Origin: Iphione sp. A-MEVVRFRX5
Lineage: Eukaryota
Reading direction: 5' to 3'
Length of the DNA stretch: 64,000 nucleotides
Assembly (NCBI GenBank): GCA_976226885.1
Contig: OZ320321.1
Span: 50,902,001-50,966,000 of the forward strand
Positions within the stretch are counted from its first letter, which is position 1. The number at the start of each line of letters is the position of its first letter. The notes under the pieces were generated by a model. The model was not told the DNA's origin. It did no database searches and worked only from the letters and a program-made list of their open reading frames with translations. This document shows, piece after piece, positions 13,659 through 27,214 of this stretch. The position numbers and the translations under genes were made by a program.

Positions 13659-16600
13659 GTAGGTTATATGGTATTATACCAATTTCAATACCAATATTAA
13701 GTAGTATTTAAATGAACAAATCAGCAGCTTAGAACGGTTATGAGTAGACACATATCAGTTTCTGACTAAAATCACTAGTCCGACTATTGTCACCTGGTCC
13801 CAACTGGTGGTAGGAAATGGAGACTTGGCTGGATATAGTTTGATTTTATTATGGACTATACATGTAGTGTGTTTTAGTTAGATAAGATTCTCAGAGTCGG
13901 CAGCAGCAGAGATTTATTACACCAAAATATTAGTCTCCATCTTAAGGCCACCTGTTACTGCAAAACCATATTGTGGCATTCCCATGGTGCAACATCGTCC
14001 CTTCCACCTTCCGGGAGGCATCTTGGGAACGCTGCACTCTAGCCCTGTGACCTTCCGACTGTCAAACCATCCATCCGAACTTCGTGGATACGTATTGATA
14101 TCGAAAACTAAGATACTTAGAGCTCTGGATTTTATGCAAAATGTCCCTCTCAGTAAACTTTTGGCACAACCTAATTTCAAATATGCTGCATGGATAACCA
14201 GAAGGGGTATTTATTCACATAGATATCTGGCTTTGTACTTGTTTAGACACGACATAATGATAATTATATAATAATTATATGACATGATACGACTGGCAAG
14301 GAAAGAGTTCAGTATAACTTGTATTCCTGCTCATCTTGTTTTGTTAGGGCAGATTAAGTCAGGAATGCTTGTAATATCTACTGACGAATGAATTTGTTAA
14401 CTACATTTCAAGAATTGCCTACTCTGGACCACACCTGTTGACACGGATTATATAAGTTCACGCTTGTTAGTAGCCTTAGGTCCCGCTTGCGAAATGAACC
14501 TTGCGCAAACGTATACATGTACATACACAAGCTTCTTTCCCCTACCATACCATGGCAAATACAGCCAGGCCAGACCCCGTCTCTTTCGAAGATGCTCCAG
14601 TGGCGTGTTTCATCACCAAAGCACAGATGGCATACGTTTCCCTGGCCGAGATACCTAATGGTGTCAAACATGCACACTGGTGAACAGAAGGCGAACTGAC
14701 TTTTGAAGTCGCACAGATACCTATCTCTCTACATAGCGAAGCAAGTAATTCAAGGCTGCGTCTATCCTCACTACCCGCCGCTAGGTTGGTGACAGTAGCC
14801 CCTTTCACTAAGACTGACGTGAAAAATTGGTCCCCTCCAAGCGAGAACCTTCCCTACATACGATATCTCTTTTCTGACACGCTGCTTGCATGCACTACTT
14901 ATATATCCGAAGCGAGTACGGTTTCTTCTTACTCAGCACAGTTTCGTATGATTTCGCGAAGAGGTGGTAAATGAGTAAAATATGAGATGTTTATGCTTGA
15001 CTCTGGAAGTTTCAATCGGGTGTTTGCTAGAATTGAGAAGCACTAACAATGTATTTTCTGTTCATGCTACGACTGGAGCAGCATTAGTCTTAACAAAAGA
15101 TGCAAATAAAAATATATTTACATACTCATGGTATAGCTGATTTAAAGGTTTCTACAGGAAGCAAGCCCTTTAAAATGCATGCCTGTTCAACTCTCAACCA
15201 ATCAATCAATGACAATTTCTGTAATTACAAAAAAAGTATCAGGTTAAAAGCTGTGTAAAAGTATTCTTGAAGAAACGCCAGATCTCCTTTCGCGCACAAT
15301 TAACTTCGAAAGCGGCCAAATGCCAGTCTTTACAGAAGTTGCGGAAACGGTCTCGGTAGTTCCATTGACCTTAACCATCAGAAAATGTAATCTTCCTCGT
15401 AGTTCAAGTAGGTTTGAAGAAAATCTCCAATATGGGAAATTAGTCCTTCAGTGAGATTAGCCCTCTCGTGTTGTAAAAGGCCCTCGACTGCCCCGTGAGT
15501 GGCCAAGACGAGTGATTACTCCCATCCTATTACTACTGCTATACTCGGGTCAATGGAAAGGTTACCCCAACGGGGGCAACATCTTTGTTCATCTCGGGCT
15601 GACAGAAAACGGCAATTTAGCTTCTCATAGGAGATCAATACACTCGCTTTAGAGGAGGGGGGGGGGATTTCTCTGTGCTGGATTAGTCCATTGTACCATC
15701 AGGCCACTGGCACTTCGACAGAAACACTCCACGTAGTCCATCAGTGGTACAGGCATAAAGACGTAATCGTTACCACATGCAGATGCATTCGTATTCCACT
15801 AGTTGATTTGCTGTGTTCCACCTCCATGACATGTGTGTCGACTGCGTACTATGGGGTCCCGGCGTACGAGTCACGCCTTAGTTGTAACTATGTAGTGAGC
15901 AGCTCAAATCACAGAGGTTTGGCAAGCAACAGGTCGGACCAAGGCTTGCTCCGTTGAGGTTAGGAATAGCACATAAGGAAGATATATTCTCTGTATCAAG
16001 TGATTGGCGGGCGAGGGAAAACTACATCGTCAATTGATTGATAGGAAACAATGTAATAGTTTTCCAGAACATTTGTAGAGCAATATCAATAATGTGATAT
16101 ACATATATTGTAAAATGATGTATTAAGACACGTCCATCTACCATATTTTCAAACTGGTTACGTTTAGCTTATTTGAAATTATTGTCAAATCCCACAGACG
16201 TAATCAGGACAAACTGAAGGGAAGACTCAGTTGGAGGACACAGATGCCGGGCGCTAGGGGACGGGGATCAGGGATGATGCATTATTCAGGCGATAGGGGG
16301 CCTGATAGATGCGACGACCCGCTCCCTGAACCAACTGCCAGATACACCTCGCTGCGACGTTGCCCTAATGAGCTGCCTGGCAACCAGAGGACGCCACAAT
16401 TCTGCTGTATTTGCATATAAGGATGACCCGTATGACCTTGCCGCCGCTATTTGTTGAGAGTGCTTATATCTCCTTGCACAAGACGCCTTTTTTACGTTGT
16501 TATAAATGGGAGGGGTCAACTTGATGTATCCGTCTTCAACAATATATCGATACAGTAAATGTCGAGCTAGACTTCTGGGCCGCTCGCAAAGATTTTGCTT

Positions 16601-18656
16601 ATTTTTTTTACAACTGAGCCGAAAGATGCAAAGAAATATTCCTGTTTGGCGTTCAGTCAATAAAGTGTGCAATGATCTGTATTTTTTCCTGGGTAAAAAT
16701 TATGGAAAAGCCACTAAACCTGTTATGTTTATCAGTATTCTTCGCCCGCCCTGGCATTGAAAGCCGACTTCTCCATATATTTAACATCAGCGTACAGGCT
16801 TCAGTTACATCGTACCCTCCTCCATCTTTTAGCAAGCAGACGCCGGTGCCGGCTCCTTCTTTTACGATACTGGATGTACATCAAGATCCTATTTGATATT
16901 GTAATTGACGGGATGACGTCGGCTTTATGACGTGCGCCACAGATAAATTACTTATCGTTCCTGTCAACAGTCTAATACGCTCTCAAGCGAGGAGTCGCAC
17001 AGACATGCTAGAGCATTATGCGCAAATATAATACATGTACTTCTGGGTATGTATGGATCATGATGATGTGTAGCGTTATGTGCCCTGCCTACCGTGGGTC
17101 ATACCCGTCAGATGATCAGAAAAATGTTCCGGGGTAGATAGTGGTCAGTGGCTTTCTTCCCTTTTTTCCTTGGAAGCTCGGAGGGCAGTCTCCTTTAAGT
17201 GATGGACGCCTTCCTGTGCGCCTCAAGGTGATGTCCACTGATGAAGTACCTTCCGCTCCAGGGGATGCCGATGCCACATAGGTGGGAGGCGTTGAGTAAT
17301 CCTGCTAGTCTTGTGTGTTTGATGGGGGTAGCGGTACCCGCTGGTGATCAATCCGCTGAAGAAAGTGGCAATTTTCTCCACATTTAAGCTAAACCAGCAG
17401 CTCGAAGTGCCTATTACGTCTTCGTTAATCCTGATCTTTTAGCGATATATAGAGTAAAATTCGTGTACATATTTTTAGATACAGATATTGAAAAATGTTT
17501 TAAAGTGTCTGTATGAATATTATATAACCTGAAAAATTAATCCAGATCATATCCAAAGGTGTAACGCTCCAAAAATGAATTCAACCTTGTTCGTATTCAG
17601 AAACATCTGGAAAGAACAGATTTCGTTAGGTACATTCCAGAAGAATCCTTTATACCATCGCGCAGTTACTCCTCTATCCTTCCTCCTATTCCTAGATATT
17701 TCATGCGGCTCTTTTGTACTGGTGATTTCTTTCGCCAATAAATCAATTCTCCCCTTGGTTGATGGTCTCGTCTATTTATAAGGGAATACTCCAAGTATAA
17801 TCTATCAGGAATATGTCCCTATCCACCCGCTCGGTGGGGGATAATGTCGAGAAACGCATGACTTCGGCTCCGCTTACTAAAAAAGAATGATGGTATATTT
17901 GATCGAGTCCTGCCAAAGGAATGCACATCGATCAGACGCTGAACAGATGGGAGTGCTCCCAGGATAGCACGTCGTTTCTTTAATCGTCGATTTAGTATCG
18001 GGTATTAAGTAAAGAACTCCCTTTACATAAATGTACATGTACCTTGTTCCCAGAGGGGTCAGTGCTGGCTACTGGCTCTTTCCAAGTCTGGTTACATTCC
18101 AAGTCTGTTTTTCTTATACGGCATGCTGTCAGTGACATAGTATTGCGGCCATGCTTTCAGAGAACAATAACAACCACTCAGACATTATGATCGTTCCCTG
18201 ACGCAGTGGCCAGGATATGTTCTATATTGGTATCGGTATTGCAAGTATAGAACAAAGTTAGAGTCTGTGCGGCCTTCGAGCTAAACAGATCGATTTCCTG
18301 TCCTTCAGGTATAGTAAATAATTTGTTATCGGCGACATGAATGGCTGGTTTTAGCTTCAAACACCCAAAGTCCATTAGGGTGTCCAGTAAAGATGCTCTT
18401 GGAGAGGACGTGAGACCGTATGAGAGCTTAGTGGCTGTGTCCTTGTATAAATATTGAATGTCTAATGAGTTTTCCTGCCCCTGCTGGGTAATATATCGAT
18501 ATTGACCGGTTGCTGCTCATTTGAATACCAAAAAACGCTGGTCTGTCACATCCGCCATGCGATATCGTGTATATAAACGTATGAAACCCAGAAAAAATAA
18601 CTGCTTTAGGTACTCGCTTTGCCCACGCAAATCTAACTAGCGTGTTTTCTTCGAGG

Positions 18657-18836
18657 TACAATTGAATCCCTATTTGCGATCACCACTCTGGACCAAGCAA
18701 GGTGGTTGTAATGGCACATTTGGTCGCAAATAAAGTACTAATTGTATAGAAATCACTGTCTTTGTTCCCACATCAGGTGGTCTTAAATAGAGAATGGTCG
18801 CAAAATGATGTGGTCGTAAATAGAGACTCCACTATA
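18657..18836. mobile_element. TA-flanked MITE of about 180 bp (Tc1/mariner-pogo-like ends)
   Basis: TACAATTGAATCCCTATTTGCGATCAC versus right-end reverse complement TATAGTGGAGTCTCTATTTACGACCAC (20/27). Internal GGTGGTC-type subterminal repeats. Confidence 0.55.
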
Positions 18837-21800
18837 CTGTTGCTACAACTACAAAGTTGTGTGAGAGCTATCGTCTTTATCAAGCTCCTCCCGCTGATAA
18901 ATTTGAATGCGATCATTATACTTCTACCTGTCTCTGATGGTTGTTTCCCACACTTGTACACTTAATCCATATAGTGAGATAAAGAGGGTATACGGCAGAT
19001 GCATTTGACTAAATCAGTAGAGAAATGAAGGCGCTATTTTATGGGAACATTAACGCGAACCGATAAAGAAATCTGAATAGTGTGATAAATCTGGAGAAAA
19101 GTACGTCCTGTAAGGTTGTTACGGCCGTCTTACTCAGAATTTTCTATATGCAAACAGTATTTGTCCTTTCCTCATTTATCAGGTCATCTGGTCTTGTGTG
19201 AAATGGTCGGCCAGTATTGGACGTGCGGTTACCAAACGAATCGGCTGGTCCCCTTCGTCCCTTAGAGACAGAGATTCGAGCGGCTTGGCCATTTGCATTC
19301 ATTGCAGGAAATCTCCTTCTTCCACCGGTCTCTCCATGCTGTCATCAGTTGATTGAGATTCTTTCGATAACTCCGCACAGCCTTACTCAAAGCTGACAGA
19401 ACACAACGAGCCACTATAAGAACACACAACAATTAATGAGGATTTCACAAAGGCATTTTAATGAAGGAGGACGCCTTAGTTCAACTGTGGGATGTAGCGA
19501 ACAAAAGAACCGACATTCTGAAATATCTAAACCTGTATCATATGAAAATCCAAGTCAAGACCACACAGAGATGTTCCTCAGTCCAACTCTCGACTAGAAA
19601 CAAATATTATACGACCGTAAGACACGTGAATTTAAAATGCGATAGTGCGCATTTCACAGTCCATAGGAGAGTGGGCATCATTTCAAAAGCATCATACGTA
19701 GATCAATAATGACTGTCTCTTAAAGACCCTACATATTTGTACTTATTATCAGGTACGATAGGGTTTCATACATGTTCAGGTTTGAACTGTGCTTAAGCTT
19801 CATCATGTACAAACGGATTGTCATGACAAAGTGGATTTCCTTCACAGTACATAAAATAAGGAGTTTAAGATAAAGATAAGCACAAAATAGACGTGATTCC
19901 AAGACATTGCGATTTTCATGTCACACATGCTTTTACATACGCTTATCCATCCATATATTTGAAACACTAGTCGAAATCGACATATGTAGTTGACTTTAAT
20001 GGTTATTCTATGTGGCAAATAAAACGAGACGAAATCAGAATATGCGATTAACACTACGCTATCCCAGCGTCTCCAGAAAAAGGCGCCATTGCCGAGGAAC
20101 TATCACTGTAAATGACGTTTTTGTGACCGCAAAAAGTTCAATGATTTTCTTCGGCTGTATAAAGGCAGCATTCATTGCAATCGTCCTCTGGTTGCGCGAA
20201 GGGGAAATCACGTGACGGACGAAGGCCATTGCCATTTCTGCATAACGTGACGTCCTTCTGCTAAGGACGGCGCACGGGATTCTACTAAAACGTGCCTCAA
20301 TCGATTCTGTTTCATTTCTTACTTTCCCGTGAGATTGAGTTGTCTGTTTCACGGAATCTGGTGGGAGATTCCTTATCAAATTACAGATTTAAGAAAAATT
20401 AGTTTGAACCAAGGAAATTGGATGATAGGTTATCTTGCCACAGTGCACAAGCACCAGCAGTTTCCATCATAATTGTGGAATTCTCCTGGGCTCGTCCACC
20501 TCTTGGAGTGTTTCATCTCAGTGGCTGCGAACTGTCAGTGCATTCTATAAAATGAATACCGGCGTGTTTTACATCCTTTACAGTCCACGGCGATCTTCCC
20601 TTCGTGTATCATATCCCTGATGACTAAAATGAATCTTACTAACATCCCGTTTTCGCGCTCTATGGTGACATTTATGTGATCGTAATGCATATGATTATGC
20701 AAAGGAATCCCATAAGACACCTACTATAGGCATTGTTGATATCTTTGGTCATCTGTACCAGGAGCTCTGAATATGCCCCTTCGCTTCAGAGTCTTGCTTG
20801 GCCGACTGGTGGAAGTATAGTGTAAATATTTTCTAACCACATTTGCAGAACAGCAATATCACCCACTGTCCGTGAATGTTATGTTTTCAGTGTGAATCTG
20901 CCTCGGAGTAAATGCCAATCGGCAGGAAGAATCATACAGTGTCACAATACTATGATAAAATGGCCTCACATTCATTTTCATCTGGTCAACTTCCTCCTGT
21001 TTGGTCTTTGGGAACCTTTCGTCTGGCCCATTTAGATATCGAAATGCTGTCCAGGAGGTTACTGGCTCACGTCTTGTCATAAACTTGATATTGTATGCAG
21101 AGAGTTAAACTCCCTACCCTGACCTCTCCCGATTTCATCAATGACAGCAGCTACTTGTCTGAACCTTAAGTGTACAGATAGCAATATTTTGTGTTGCACA
21201 GATTGCACAGATCGCTGGTCTATCGGTATGTAGCAGCGATGGGTAGTAGAACCGTGTTACGTGGCAACTAGAAATGTTTGGAAATATTTTCCAGGCTAAC
21301 AATTCAGGTTTTTGGTCTGACGTAATTATCATCCCAGAAAAATAACCCGCTGCACATGAAGGAATGATCAGTAGTGATAAACCTCCATTATTCCCCTCCA
21401 TAATGGTTGGACTACCTGTATGACGTCGCCTGGATGAGGAAATTAAAGCCATTTCTATGGGGAGCCAAGTGATTAACTCGCCGCCCTGGTGTGTGTGTCA
21501 TGGAGCACCACTACAATTTGCATCGCAGGTAGATTTTGTAAAGCTTACATGATCGCCTATAGAGCCCAACTAAAACTGATAGCAGGCGTGGATAGCATCT
21601 GCGTCCCCGGAATGTAGTGGAAATGTATGCACAGTTAGTAAATGTGTATGGACATGTGATATTATAAACACGAGCATGTATGTTTGTATGAAAAGTCGGC
21701 TGTAGAAGTAGACATGTTCATAATCAAGCAGCCCATAACTGCTGTGTATTATTTCCCATACATATAGGACACGCACATGTTATAAATGAGACCCTAAAAC

Positions 21801-23436
21801 ATACGAGCCGACGCGCAGTGGTTCTGCCAAACACAGCGTCTTCATGATTGGCAATCTCTGTGCCTCTGTGCAGCGGTTTAAGGACATTCTTTATAAGAAC
21901 TCAAAAAATGTCCAGGAGACGGTAACATGAGAAAGACAGATAGTAAAAGAGGACCACGGCGACGACGACGAAGGGTGCGTCAGACCAATATTTGCCTAAA
22001 AGCTTATGTGGGCATAGGTTATGCTGGCATTTTTTAATACAAATAATCCCACCGATATTTTGGGCGATATCCAGATTCATCTTCGGCCACCCGTCTTTTA
22101 GTTGAATGAGCCTACCAAATGATTTCCATAATTACCACCCGGCCTACAACACTTAAACCCAGTTTCAGCTCGCGGAAATTGCATGTATATATACATGTAT
22201 ACAACCATGTAGTTGTATACATGTGTATGAGTTAATGCTGTAGCCGCTCTTGTTCGTTCATGTTCACCGGTCCGCAAATCCTGAAGAGTGGTGGCATTCT
22301 TCTCTGTTAGACGTAGCGGCTTGAGTTTCCGTTTCATTGCTTGCCAAATACAGCGGCAAACCAGCCCACTTCATTATCCTTAGGCGCATCTTGTCACCAT
22401 ATAACCGTGTCTTAATATTTTATCCTGATTATGCCCATTATCGCCCGGGTGCCACTACCGGTGTAATACCCAATCAGGCGCGAGGAACCTGTAAACGTCA
22501 TACTGCATAAGTGATCAGGAACACATGCGATTGCTTTTCTTTTCCAAACAAACTTCTTACATTTTCCGCTGTTATTCATAAGGAATTAATTGTAGAATTC
22601 ACGAGATTGTTTCCTTCTTATTAAAACTCTACCCACTACAGGGAAGCTCGAATCAAATTATAGAAGCAGGAAGGCTATGGGACATCGTTGATTTATAGAG
22701 GACATACTTGATAATTGTTCCGACTTATATAATTTCCATGCCAAATTTACCATTACACTTGATTTTGTTATAAAAGCAACTATATTATTTTGTGACTGTC
22801 TGTGTTCTTTCAACGATATCTGTGTCACCATATGACTATGGACATAACAAACAAGAAGGTTTTCATTAAAACTTTGATTTGATATCGGTCTTGCCTAAAT
22901 GTTCCCAAAGGACATCGCAGACAGGAAAAAGGGCAATTGGTTTTAATTTCCCATTTAAATATTTATGTCATGTCTCGTCAATTAGGATACTCCACTTGAG
23001 GGACAGAGAAAATGGGCCTCACCCTTCATATTTGTGTTACCTCTTAAAGGCCAAGGTTGTTCACTCTTTGTCCTGCCGATGAAAATCGGGTGTTTCAAAT
23101 TTCATCCCGAACAGAATCAAGTGTAGTATTGCTTTAGTTCACGACATTTTTATCATCGTCCTACAAAACAATGATAAGTGGGCCTGATGATTATTTTGAC
23201 GATGTGTGACTCGTGTAGTTGGGCAGGATGTTGACGTCAGTGGATGGGGCATTCTCTCTAGCTTCAGGAATGTTTAGTAAAGGCGTTTGGGGGACAATCA
23301 CGTTGTGTGGTGATCAAAGCCATTGTTCCCATTTGGGGGACACCTAGTTTTGTTTTGGACACGTGTTTCTACACGTAGACGAATTGGAAACGGGAAGCTG
23401 CACACACGCTGTTTTCTTCCACCTAGAGTATATTCC

Positions 23437-23467
23437 GTAACCGGTAACCGGAAATGGACGCCATGTT
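23437..23467. promoter_or_regulatory. Compact motif cluster: RFX X-box-like, ETS and YY1
   Basis: GTAACCGGTAAC (23437-23448), CCGGAAAT (23448-23455), CGCCATGTT (23459-23467). Motif matches only. Confidence 0.4.
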
Positions 23468-25721
23468 AGGATATCAAACAAAGTAGAGTAGCCCTCCTGC
23501 GAGCTATTTCGCCACCTTTGGTCCTACGACCTTGAAAAGCAAAGGCTCTGGAGGTCACCAAGCGCCCTTTCAGTAACACTGAGTACGAGTCTTGACTTGA
23601 AGCGTCTACTCCGCCGACTGCTGCATGATTTATCGTCCTTTTCATCTCAGTTGTCTGCGGCAGAAATATTTACGGCAGGCTGGTTTTTCGTTATTAACTG
23701 TAATGGATAGGGTCACAGGTACGCCAGATATGAGAGGCAGTTTGATTCAGAAAGAGCAAACAATTTTGAAGGCACCAGGCTGTCTCTCAATCCTTTCAGT
23801 ATAAAGGTTACAGCCGCTAGTTTGCCCTGTTCCAGAAACTAATCTTCACGTTGTATTTTGTCTATATTTTTAGTTATGGATCTAAATATCACCCAACCGT
23901 CTATGCCCCTCCTACGATTAGAGAGTATCGAAACATGACCAAGACAGATGTGTCTATAGGCTACAGCTCTGGCTTTTCCGATGAGATAAGCACTTCTGCC
24001 TTATTCGGAAGTCATCACTCATTGCGCACTACGATATAAAAATACCTCGGACAACGCAAGTTTGTCTTCCCATGAACCTGACCGTGAAAATGTCTAAAAC
24101 ACACAGGATCAAACCATCTTTAATTCATACCAGTTTTTTACTTCACAAGACAGGCAGTCATTAACTTGCTACCTGTCAGACACAACGTGCGATATATAAT
24201 ATCCACCCTTTCAAGGCAAACAGTACATAGGTGTACATGTAAAGGCAAACGGGTGTATGCCTATCGTACCATCGCAGATTGACTGCATTATATATGAAAC
24301 AAATAACCCGAGCCGCAGTTAAACTGAAAAATAGCATTACTTTCATATTCGAACTTTCCGTTTGACTTTTCATTTTGACACTCGAACAATGATAATGCAA
24401 AGGATTTGCCGGTTATTAGCACGGATCATACCTAAATTACCTTGAAATCCGACGTTCTTTATTTTAGGTAGTACTTATACCCGAAGGAAGATATAACTTT
24501 ACTGCCAAAATCAATATATATGCATATGTTTATATATATATTCATATGTCGTGAACGCCATTCACTTTTGTATTCCTGTCGTCGCTAGTAGCCTTCAAAG
24601 GGAATGCGTCCTTTAGCAGATAACCTTCAGTGTTGAGCCTGAGGAAGAGCCGCCATTATTCCATTAAAGAATCCATTTATTTACAAATCGCTTTATTGTA
24701 GCCGGTATGTATGCAGAACACTGAGCATTAAAGCGGAATGAATACGGAAAATAATCTACTATCACTCCCCTGTGTCGCACGCAGAAATCTGCATGAGAAA
24801 ATGCAACTGGAGCAGTAGCAAGGTGCCAGGAGGCTAATGGCGGCGAACTCTCAGCTTACTCTTCCTATTTATAACGTTTGTATTACGCGCTGCTTTGGCA
24901 AGGAAATTACCAGTGTCTGTCCTCTTGCAGTCTGCCCCATGAGCCATCTATCATGACTCGCCCAATCAGAGTGTAGTGATTATTCTGCAGGGCAGGACGC
25001 AGGTCTGCCGTCGTCCTTCAAACAGCCATGAAGGGTCGTTCAGTAACTTCCTCTTTGACTGCTTATACAGTATTTCAGCGCCTTCGTATATTTTCTGCAG
25101 TGCGACAGAGATGCAGTTAATAGACATTTGTGTTTTTTTTAATAGAAGGGACAGCGATGAGAGAACAAAGGTAGTCAGTGCATCTAAAATCCAGAGGTCC
25201 TGCGAATTGCATATCTAAACGATGCGCGTGAGGTCTAAGCCTGTGAATGGAAATAGGCTGTTCCTCGTCGAATGCTTTATTACCTTCACGTCTGTTATCG
25301 AATGGCAAACAGACGTCATGGCGTTACAGTATCTGAAGTAAAAACGAAACTTCAATGTGATATTTTAAGTTGGGGTTACTTGATATGATTGGACCTTCGT
25401 GAATTCTGTAAAGGATCTGCAAATCTAGGCATGGTTTCCTTCTTATATATAAAATGGGTCTTATGACGGATATTTTAATAATGCGTAGGTCGGCCCGTAT
25501 ATTCATTTCGTGCTCACCCGATCATGAAATTTGTAGGGCTCAAATCCTGCCCAACCTTGCATTTTCAAACAGTTGTGTAGGGCGTGTATAGATACCCTTC
25601 TTTGAGATGTACACCATTACTAACTACACTCTTCATTCAAGAACACGACTCCAACACAAAATACATGCTTTATGAACGCATTGTTTAGTAACTTTTTTCC
25701 GTGCTTCTTTTCCCTTTGCAG

Positions 25722-25949
25722 ATCTGTGCGCCTCTGTATACTGCCACTACGGGCGTGTTTGCGAGAAGGGTCTCTGCGTTTGTGCCCCGTCTGACTACTG
25801 CCGTGGCCATAGCAAGGCTGTCTGTGGCACCGATGGCGTCACCTACCCAAGCCACTGCGAACTACACCGAATGGCCTGCGTCAATGGTCGCCATATTGGC
25901 ATCGACCACTCTGGAAAACGCTGTCTCTTGGCAACTAACGCCAAAAACG
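25722..25949 (+). CDS. FSTL5: FSTL4/5 exon: FOLN + Kazal domain
   Basis: tccctttgcag|AT...AACG|GTAGGT, 228 nt, phase 1-1. Reads (D)LCASVYCHYGRVCEKGLCVCAPSDYCRGHSKAVCGTDGVTYPSHCELHRMACVNG...KRC. This frame is absent from the ORF track. Confidence 0.93.
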
Positions 25950-27150
25950 GTAGGTTTGTCACATTTTTTCCCCAACGGTAATGACCTGCTGTCAGATTGT
26001 AGACCATATCACTAGTGAGGAAATCAGATTGCCAGATCAAACAAGCACCTAACAATGGCCTAGTTGCTGGCTCCCCTTTATTTATAGGAGATAATTATAA
26101 AATACTATGCTACTTGTTAACCACCATTGTTAAAGAAACAGAAGGCGAGACCTTGTGGGCACGGAATTTCACAAATTTCCCGACGTCAACTAAATTTAGT
26201 TTCGAAGGAGTGATCGACGCCCAAGCCAACCTGCTTCCTGGCACCTGGAGTATATATGACTGACGTATAGTCCATGAGTCTTCATTCACTTCACAGATAT
26301 AAACAGTCAGTCTAATAAATTCCCCTTCGCTTTTCTTTCACCCGGAAAAAATCAGGTTCTGCCTCCGCGTTACCTGGGCATGTTCCTCATTTATATATAC
26401 TACTCAGGACGCAGTCCGTACATGTATGTGTGAAGCGTGTTCCTCTTTGTTGCTTCTTCGGATAAAATGCCAACAGGAAACAAACAGACAAGCTAGAAGA
26501 GTCCATTTGCATGCCTGTGTTGATAGGAGGTTATGAGTAGCAGTGTCTTGTCTTATAAAAGACTGGAAACTGCGTTTAGATTGTTCGTATATACTCTCTA
26601 AAAAGAAGTTAATAAATTGAATCAGTATTCGTCCCAGGTCCAAACATAGATCCCCCTCGGTGCTTTTCAAAATATACGGCACGTAGCAATATTTGTCGTC
26701 AGTTCACGGCGCAAAATTAGGCAAACGAAGGGGAGAAACGTTCCCGCGCACGCATGCTCCCTGAAGTCCAGAGTGCAGCGGAAGGCACGTACACTTTAAA
26801 TCGCGTCATCTCGGGAGATGGCGGCCTACGACGACTAAGCCTTGCGAACGGTTCCTGCCCTGCTGAATAGTTTATCGACGACTCCAGGGCACAGAGATGA
26901 TGGAGCACCTACCTCTCTGCCCCAGCCAACCCCTACAAAACGCAATCAGTCTTCTCTCTGAATTAAAATCAATCCCCACTTGGGCAGTCGATTTTGAAGG
27001 CTGATGCGAAAAGGTCGCGGTAGAATTATCTCATCGTGCAACTTTCAGTGCTCTGTTGACCATGTATTGGTTCCTGTTCAAGCACTCTACACATGGCGTG
27101 TCACACGCTTTGCGCAAGAAAACATTTCCCGAGCCCCCGTCTCTCTCTCT

Positions 27151-27214
<64 letters not shown>

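Noticed and set aside
14501-14974. 158-codon + frame interrupted by a single TGA (14681-14683), suggesting selenocysteine or readthrough
   Set aside because: A rough estimate predicts tens of such frames by chance in six frames of 64 kb. No SECIS, splice support or recognisable family.
19247-19257. TGGTCCCCTTC, an 11-nt match to miR-133
   Set aside because: The remainder (AACCAGCTG) and a complementary arm are absent.
22098-22337. ORF starting MKRKLKPLRL, resembling a MAP2K docking (D) motif
   Set aside because: No kinase-motif exons were found anywhere downstream on the - strand; probably chance.
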